Shown here one piece after another: positions 18,854 to 24,668 of a stretch of 32,000 nucleotides of DNA. The notes below the pieces were generated by a model. The model did not search any database, was not told the DNA's origin, and saw nothing but the letters and a program-made list of their open reading frames with translations. The number at the start of each line of letters is the position of its first letter. Positions within the stretch are counted from its first letter, which is position 1. The DNA comes from Thioflavicoccus mobilis 8321 (GTDB lineage: Bacteria > Pseudomonadota > Gammaproteobacteria > Chromatiales > Chromatiaceae): assembly GCF_000327045.1 (NCBI RefSeq), contig NC_019940.1, forward strand, positions 2,954,038-2,986,037. Direction: 5' to 3'. Both the position numbers and the translations under genes were made by a program.

Positions 18854-19463
18854 TGGCGGTCAGTGCCTCGAGATACGGCCGCACGACTGTGGATACCCCG
18901 CCCTTCTCGGCTTGACGAGCAATTTCCGCCGGAGTCGCCTTGCGTTGCCTCAGCGCCTCCTGGAGGCCCTCGATCGCGACGGACAGGCCCACTTTGCCGC
19001 GATGTCGGAAGCAATCGGCCACCGTCTTGGCCACGCCGAAGACTTTCACCGACACGCCTTCGATCACGTGTGTTTCGATGCCCTCCCTCAGCAGGCTGTC
19101 TGTGAAACGCACAATGCGGATGCCCGCACCGCTGCGCTGCGGCGCCCAGTCCTTGGGTCCGATCGCCATCCAGACTTTCGGCGGTAGCTGGTCGGTCAGA
19201 CCGTGGAATGCCAACGCCGAGACGAGACATACGATGCCCTTGGGCACCCGCTTCGCGGCCTCCGCCAGGCTGTGATTGGGGTCGAGGTCGGCATCTGGCA
19301 GCTGATAGACGCCCCGCGACAGGCGGATGACTTCGCCGGCCCGCTCCATACGACTCATGGTCGCCGCGGTCACGCCGGCCTCGCGCAGCTCGAGCAGGCG
19401 CATGATTCCCTGCTTCTTCAGCAGGTTTTGGGCGAGCTCACGCTGCGCTCGGGGCTTTGCCAT
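18846..19463 (-). CDS. abiEi: AbiEi-family antitoxin / transcriptional autorepressor (type IV TA)
   Basis: 205 aa. N-terminal wHTH-like 'GIMRLLELREAGVTAATMSRMERAGEVIRLSRGVYQL', followed by 'CLVSALAFHGLTDQLP' and the characteristic C-terminal domain. It lies directly upstream of abiEii. Confidence 0.87.
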   Translation of the reverse strand: MAKPRAQRELAQNLLKKQGIMRLLELREAGVTAATMSRMERAGEVIRLSRGVYQLPDADLDPNHSLAEAAKRVPKGIVCLVSALAFHGLTDQLPPKVWMAIGPKDWAPQRSGAGIRIVRFTDSLLREGIETHVIEGVSVKVFGVAKTVADCFRHRGKVGLSVAIEGLQEALRQRKATPAEIARQAEKGGVSTVVRPYLEALTANA

Positions 19464-19512
19464 TGATACAAATACTTTATGTGTAGACCCTGAGTACCGA
19501 GGATTTGTATCA
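19464..19512. promoter_or_regulatory. Perfect 10-bp inverted repeat TGATACAAAT-(29 nt)-ATTTGTATCA abutting the abiEi start codon; candidate AbiEi operator or 5'-UTR hairpin
   Basis: Arms at 19464..19473 and 19503..19512, within the AT-rich divergent region between abiEi and the 406-aa gene. There is no SD between the left arm and the ATG at 19463. Confidence 0.45.
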
Positions 19513-19663
19513 TTTATCCGCGCGACGCGCCACCTGAACGACCACTGGCCGGCGGATGTGGGATCAATCGAGCACCGTGACAGAGGAATAAGACACAGAC
19601 CAGGTACCGCCCTCGCTGACTGACAGCAGCGAGGGCCCGGTCAGTCGAGAAGCGCTTTACGAG

Positions 19664-20884
19664 ATGGTCTGGTCCGAGCCCATGCTCCGGGTGGCGGCCC
19701 GGTTCGGCGTCTCGTCCAGCTACATGGCCCGCGTCTGCACGCTGCTCAACGTACCGCGGCCTGAGCGCGGCTACTGGGCGAAGCTGGCTATCGGCAAAGC
19801 GCCGAAGCAACCGCCGCTCCCCGAACCGCGTCCGGGCGACCCGCTCGAGTGGACGCGGGACGGAGCCCTACCGAAGCGGGCCCGGTCCCTCCCGAAGCCG
19901 CCCGACCAGCGGCCACGAGGGAAGCGCACGGTAAAGCGGCAGCTTCCGGATCGGCATCCACTGGTCAGCGGAGCCAAGCCGCTCTTCGAGGCAGGTCGTC
20001 TCTCCTGGCACGGCAAATACCTCAAGCCGGCCAAAAAACTGCTCGTCGACCTGCCAGTCACCCAGACCGGGTTGGACAAGGCGATCGCCTTTGCGAACGA
20101 GCTCTTCCTGGCGCTGGAAGCCAGGGACCATCGCGTGGTCATCGCGCCCAATTCGGAGCGATTCCACAGGGCAAAGGTCGACGAGCGGGAGAATCCCGGG
20201 AAAGGCCACCACCATCACGATCTGTGGTCACCGATGCGCTGCACCGTGGTCTACATCGGCACCGTGGCAATCGGCCTCACCGTCATCGAGATGTCCGAGG
20301 AAGCTGAGGCCCGCTACGTGAACGGCGAGTACGTTCGGCTGACCGACTACGTGCCCAAGCGCCGTGGCCGGTACGTTCACGACCATGGCTGGACGAGCAC
20401 CCACGACTTCCCGACCGGGCGCCGCTGTCTCCAGGCTTACTCGCCGTACCCGCGGGCAGATTGGACCCAGCAATGGCGAGAGACACCGTCCCGGGACCTG
20501 TCCGGCAGGATCCCATCCATTGTTCGGGAGCTGGAGAAGGCCACGGTCGAAATCGCGCGGCTCGTCGAGAAGGGGGAGCGCCAGGCGGAGATCGAACGCC
20601 AGCGTTGGGAGGCTCAGCGCGAACAGTGGCGTCGCGAAGAGGAGGCGCGGCAGGCCGCGAAGGCGTTGAAGGACAGCAAAGAGGAACTGCTCCAGGTCAT
20701 CGATGCCTGGGCGGAAGCCAAGCGACTCGAGGAGCTCTTCGCCGACGCCGAACGCCGGGCGCAGGATTTACCTGACGAGCAACGGGAGCGCACAATGGAG
20801 CGAATTCGACGGGCGCGCACCCTGATCGGAAGCACCGATGCGCTGGAGCGATTCGGCGCGTGGCGAGCGCCGGAAGAGCGATAA
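19664..20884 (+). CDS. Hypothetical protein (N-terminal HTH-like segment, His-rich middle, Glu/Arg-rich coiled-coil C-terminus)
   Basis: 406-aa ORF with host-like codon bias. Segments include 'VWSEPMLRVAARFGVSSSYMARVCTLLNVPRPERGYWAK', 'GKGHHHHDLW' and 'ERQAEIERQRWEAQREQWRREEEARQAAKAL'. The frame stays open upstream to 19592 but contains no ATG/GTG/TTG there. Confidence 0.65.
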   Translation: MVWSEPMLRVAARFGVSSSYMARVCTLLNVPRPERGYWAKLAIGKAPKQPPLPEPRPGDPLEWTRDGALPKRARSLPKPPDQRPRGKRTVKRQLPDRHPLVSGAKPLFEAGRLSWHGKYLKPAKKLLVDLPVTQTGLDKAIAFANELFLALEARDHRVVIAPNSERFHRAKVDERENPGKGHHHHDLWSPMRCTVVYIGTVAIGLTVIEMSEEAEARYVNGEYVRLTDYVPKRRGRYVHDHGWTSTHDFPTGRRCLQAYSPYPRADWTQQWRETPSRDLSGRIPSIVRELEKATVEIARLVEKGERQAEIERQRWEAQREQWRREEEARQAAKALKDSKEELLQVIDAWAEAKRLEELFADAERRAQDLPDEQRERTMERIRRARTLIGSTDALERFGAWRAPEER

Positions 20885-20995
20885 AATCTGCCTGAATCTG
20901 GCCAAAAAGCCAGACGAAGTGATCTGGGGGTATCTATGGGGGCATTTCTGGCGTTTAGCAGCGCAACGTATTGATTTATAGAGCGATGTGAAGGT

Positions 20996-21010
20996 CGCCG
21001 CCTCCACCAA
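20996..21010 (+). repeat. attR-like direct repeat CGCCGCCTCCACCAA
   Basis: Exact copy of ssrA 3' end nt 10100..10114, located 112 nt after the last island ORF. Confidence 0.75.
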
Positions 21011-21029
21011 ATCAATCAATCCCTGAATT

Positions 21030-21068
21030 CTGTCCTTTCCCCACATGTTCAGTGCGGGGAAAGGACAG
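21030..21068. terminator. 13-bp perfect stem-loop (CTGTCCTTTCCCC / GGGGAAAGGACAG); candidate terminator for the convergent diguanylate cyclase gene and possibly the ancestral ssrA terminator
   Basis: Arms at 21030..21042 and 21056..21068 with a 13-nt loop. It lies 48 nt downstream of the stop of the minus-strand GGDEF gene and 20 nt after attR. Neither side has a canonical U-tract. Confidence 0.4.
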
Positions 21069-21115
21069 ATCACTATCCTGGTGTCTTTTGGATGACACCG
21101 CTATCCGTTGGCTGC

Positions 21116-22711
21116 TCAATGATGAGGGTGGCCCGTCGAGACTGTCACGCGGCCCTTGCCCTCTGTCTTAGAGATGTACATGGCCTCGTCGGCGAGTCGG
21201 ACTAGCTCTCCGAGGCGTTTGGCGTGGTCCGGATAAACGGCCACGCCGATGCTCGCCCCGACTCGGAATCCCGACCAGCTCCAGGCGGCGATTCGTGCGC
21301 GGAGCTTCTCGGCAATCGCCACCGCGGTCTGCACATCCGGGACGTCGGCGAGCATGACGACAAACTCGTCGCCGCCGTAGCGCCCGACGGCATCGCCCTT
21401 GCGGCTGTTTCTGGTGAGCGTGTCGGCGACGTCCTTCAGGACCTGGTCGCCCATGTGGTGACCCAGCTGGTCGTTGATCGCCTTGAACCCGTCGAGGTCG
21501 ATGTAGAGGAGCGCGAAGCGGTGCTCGTGGCGCCAGCGCCCGGCACGCTCGTGCTCCTGCGCCAGCTGCTCCTCGAACGCGGCGCGGTTGGCGATGCCGG
21601 TCAGCGTGTCGACCTGGGCGCGGCGCTCGAGCTGGGTGCGGCGGATCCGGCGCGCGTTCTGGTCGATGAGGATCTTCTGGTAGGCGGCGGCCAGCAGCAT
21701 GACGACGAAGATCCCGATGCTGGCGATCACGACGAGGGCCTTTATCCGCATCGCCTCGAGCTGCGCCTGCGGCAGATGGACGACGAAGTACCAGCGGTGA
21801 CCCCCGTGCCCGTGGAGCGCTTCGGGGTCGCCCGTCGCCTCGGCAATCGGGTGATACTGTGGCTTCAGCGGGTCGCTGTCGAAGAAGGTGAACAGGCCGT
21901 CCTCGGTGTAGAGGTGGCCGGCCTCGGCCTGCTGCATCGCCGCCCAGACGGCTGGATAGAGGATCCCCATCCGCTGGTCCTCGTGGCCCGGGAACATGAA
22001 GCCCCACGCGCGGCCCGGGTCAGCGGAGAGGAGCCAGTAGCCCTCCCTGTTCAACATCATCGTCTCGCCGGGCGCATGGGCCATGGCCGTCTTGGCGATG
22101 TCGAGGAGGATCTGTCCCAGGTAGTCGACGATGACGATGCCGCGCTTGCGCCCTTGCGCGTCGAACAGCGGCGTACCGAGGTGGATCACCGGCTTGTAGG
22201 GCCGCTCGACCTCGCCGCGCTCGATATTGAGGTCCATCGGCGTGACGCAGACCTCGCCGTAGCCATGGGCCATGGTATCGGCGAAATAGGGGCGGCCGCT
22301 CTTGTCCTGGAGCTCGGCCTCGGGCACGACGCTCGGGTCGCCGTCATTGAAGTTGACCCGCACGAGCTCCTTGCCCTGCGCATCGATGAAGTGGAGGTCA
22401 TCGTAGGTGCGGGCATAGCGGGCGACGTTCAGGTACTCGCGGGCGATCTGCCCGAGCAGGCGCCGGTCGCCGGTCGCGAGGTAATTGGTGAGCTCGTTCT
22501 GGTCGCGCAGCATCAGGGTGACGGCGGCGATGCCGTTCAGCCGCCGCGCCGTCGCCACGGCGGCCGCCTCGACGGCGGTGTGCTGGTCCCGCTCCAGGTC
22601 CCTATGGATCTCCGCTATGCCCCAGCGGTAGGCTAGGGCGAACAGCACGATTGGGAAGATCGCGAGGAACGGGAAAGTCTTCCAGAACTGGATCCAGAGC
22701 GCTCTATCCAT
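21116..22711 (-). CDS. Sensor diguanylate cyclase (TM - periplasmic Cache-like domain - TM - GGDEF)
   Basis: 531 aa. There is an N-terminal TM helix ('FPFLAIFPIVLFALAY'), a ~280-aa extracytoplasmic domain and a second TM helix ('ALVVIASIGIFVVMLLAAAY'). The GGDEF domain carries 'GRYGGDEFVVML' and an RxxD I-site ('RKGD') five residues upstream. Confidence 0.88.
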   Translation of the reverse strand: MDRALWIQFWKTFPFLAIFPIVLFALAYRWGIAEIHRDLERDQHTAVEAAAVATARRLNGIAAVTLMLRDQNELTNYLATGDRRLLGQIAREYLNVARYARTYDDLHFIDAQGKELVRVNFNDGDPSVVPEAELQDKSGRPYFADTMAHGYGEVCVTPMDLNIERGEVERPYKPVIHLGTPLFDAQGRKRGIVIVDYLGQILLDIAKTAMAHAPGETMMLNREGYWLLSADPGRAWGFMFPGHEDQRMGILYPAVWAAMQQAEAGHLYTEDGLFTFFDSDPLKPQYHPIAEATGDPEALHGHGGHRWYFVVHLPQAQLEAMRIKALVVIASIGIFVVMLLAAAYQKILIDQNARRIRRTQLERRAQVDTLTGIANRAAFEEQLAQEHERAGRWRHEHRFALLYIDLDGFKAINDQLGHHMGDQVLKDVADTLTRNSRKGDAVGRYGGDEFVVMLADVPDVQTAVAIAEKLRARIAAWSWSGFRVGASIGVAVYPDHAKRLGELVRLADEAMYISKTEGKGRVTVSTGHPHH

Positions 22712-23459
22712 CGGGCTGACTCCAGCTGCGTATCCACGCCTCCCTACTATAGACCCGATCGGCGAAAAGGTCAGTGTGCCCTCGACTCTTCCTCGCCGCC
22801 TTTGCAGACAACAGGCTGCGCTCGACAGCTCGGCACGGCTTGCTCTGATCGGGAAGCTTCACGCTGTCAGTCCTGACAATCAGCCCTTTCTGCACACCCG
22901 TTTCCTCGTCGGCGAGGCCCCTCACGCCTTACAAAGCGATCATCCTAGAAACGGCAGTTGACCGCTTCGCTATCGATTAAAGTCGTTGAAATTGGATCAA
23001 ATCTTTGCGCGACTCGCGTTCACCGGCTGGGTGAAGAGCGCCACGACTCCCCGAGGCACGCCCCGCGCGGCGCCCGACGGTGTTACAACGCGTTGCAATC
23101 GCTTGGCTATTGCGCCTCCTCGTGCCTTGCCGGACACCCCGCGCGACGCACCTCGGAGGTCGTCCAACTGCCGCTTCTAGGATCATCGCTCGCTGGGGCT
23201 ATGTAGACCTGACGCGCAAACAGGGCATCTCGGTCGCCACGGCCAAGAGGGATCTTGCAGCAGTCGGTCGGGCAGCTTGCTGCCGGGACACCAGTCCAAG
23301 CGAGATGTGGGAATCTACGATCACGCTGAGACCGCTCGGCCCCGGCTCGTCCGCATGTGGACCAAACGCCAGCGCGACGACCAGATCGTAGGACACATGG
23401 TGAACCCGATCGGCGGCAATCCCAAGAAACGTCAAGGACCAAGATAGCGAGGCGCAATC

Positions 23460-23576
23460 ATGAACCCAGGCAGCATCGCGATCACCGACCGCGTCTCGGC
23501 CGTCGAGGCGATCAGACGGCTCGATGAAGCCGATTTCACCTATTTTCCAACCGCGCGACGAGGACGGTCACGATGA
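23460..23576 (+). CDS. Possible 38-aa leader ORF translationally coupled to the ADP-ribosylglycohydrolase gene
   Basis: ATG at 23460 with a GAGG 7 nt upstream. Its stop overlaps the downstream ATG (ATGA at 23573..23576). The product is MNPGSIAITDRVSAVEAIRRLDEADFTYFPTARRGRSR. No family was recognised. Confidence 0.25.
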   Translation: MNPGSIAITDRVSAVEAIRRLDEADFTYFPTARRGRSR

Positions 23577-24526
23577 CTCACGAATCAGACCGTATCGCCT
23601 CGGCCCAAGGCTGTCTCTTGGGCCAACTCGTTGGCGACGCCCTCGGCAGCCTCGTCGAATTCCGCTCGCCCGAGGAGATCCGGCGCGCATACCCAGATGG
23701 GGTCCGCGATCTCGCCGATGGCGGCACCTGGAACACCCTCGCCGGGCAGCCAACCGACGACTCGGAGATGGCCCTGCTGCTCGCGCGGATGCTGATCGAG
23801 CAGGGCACCTACGATGCCGCGGCCGCCCACGCGGCCTACCGGTTCTGGCTTGCGAGCGAACCCTTCGACTGCGGCATGACCGTCGCCACCGGCCTCACGG
23901 GGCAGCCGAACCACGACAGCCAGGCCAACGGTGCGCTGATGCGGATCAGCCCGCTCGGCATCTTCGGCGCCGGCCGGCGGCTTTCGAGCATCGCCGACTG
24001 GGCCGAACAGGACGCCGCCCTCACCCACCCGCATCGGGTGTGCCGCCAGGCCAACGCCCTCTTCGCGATGGCCATCGCGCACGCAATCGACACCGCACCA
24101 ACGCCCGACGCCCTGTACCGGACCATCCTCGACTGGGCCGAGGACCTCGCGGTCGCGCCGACCCTGATGGACGCGATCCGCCAGGCCGCCGACGCACCCG
24201 CGGCGGACCATGTCCGCCAACAGGGCTGGGTGCTGATCGCGATGCGCAACGCCCTGTGGCAGCTCCTGCACGCCCCGAGCGTCGAGGCGGGCCTCGTCGA
24301 CACCGTCATGCGCGGCGGCGACACGGACACCAACGCCGCGATCTGCGGTGCCCTCCTCGGTGCCGTGCACGGCCTCGCCGCGATCCCCGACCGCTGGACC
24401 GCCCCGGTGCTCGGCTGCCGACCCGCCGCCGGCCAGCCCGAGGTTCGCCGTCCGCGCCCCGAGTGCCTCTGGCCGGTCGATGCGCTGGACCTTGCCCGCG
24501 CGCTCGTCTCGGCCGCGCTCGAATAG
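23573..24526 (+). CDS. ADP-ribosylglycohydrolase family protein (DraG/ARH-like)
   Basis: 317 aa with the family motifs 'GQLVGDALGSLVEF', 'TDDSEMALLLA' and 'GGDTDTNAAICGALLGAVHG'. A GAGGA SD lies 8 nt upstream. Confidence 0.88.
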   Translation: MTHESDRIASAQGCLLGQLVGDALGSLVEFRSPEEIRRAYPDGVRDLADGGTWNTLAGQPTDDSEMALLLARMLIEQGTYDAAAAHAAYRFWLASEPFDCGMTVATGLTGQPNHDSQANGALMRISPLGIFGAGRRLSSIADWAEQDAALTHPHRVCRQANALFAMAIAHAIDTAPTPDALYRTILDWAEDLAVAPTLMDAIRQAADAPAADHVRQQGWVLIAMRNALWQLLHAPSVEAGLVDTVMRGGDTDTNAAICGALLGAVHGLAAIPDRWTAPVLGCRPAAGQPEVRRPRPECLWPVDALDLARALVSAALE

Positions 24527-24668
24527 ATGGCGCAGCCTCTGCCAACGATCACCGTAGTGAGGAATTTTGCGGGGGCGAGGCTACACTGAGGACCGACGCG
24601 GAACCGCCTTCATGGTCCAATGATTTGCGCTTGATCCACTCCCGACTACCGACCAGATTCCGAACACC

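Larger units (their letters stand above)
10115..21010. mobile_element. ssrA-associated genomic (defence) island with no recognisable integrase
   Basis: Bounded by the exact 15-bp repeat of the tmRNA 3' end. AT-richer sequence is visible at both edges (10114-10217 and 20885-20995). The cargo consists of defence and TA genes. None of the ORFs inside resembles a tyrosine/serine recombinase or a transposase. Confidence 0.6.

Noticed and set aside
21224-22636. 470-aa plus-strand ORF
   Set aside because: Antisense to the Cache-GGDEF gene. It is a low-complexity, Asp/Val/Gly/Arg-rich shadow ORF.
23086-23095. Perfect 10-bp palindrome CAACGCGTTG in the gene-poor region
   Set aside because: Dozens of 10-bp palindromes are expected by chance in a window this size. 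There is no second copy and no obvious gene context.
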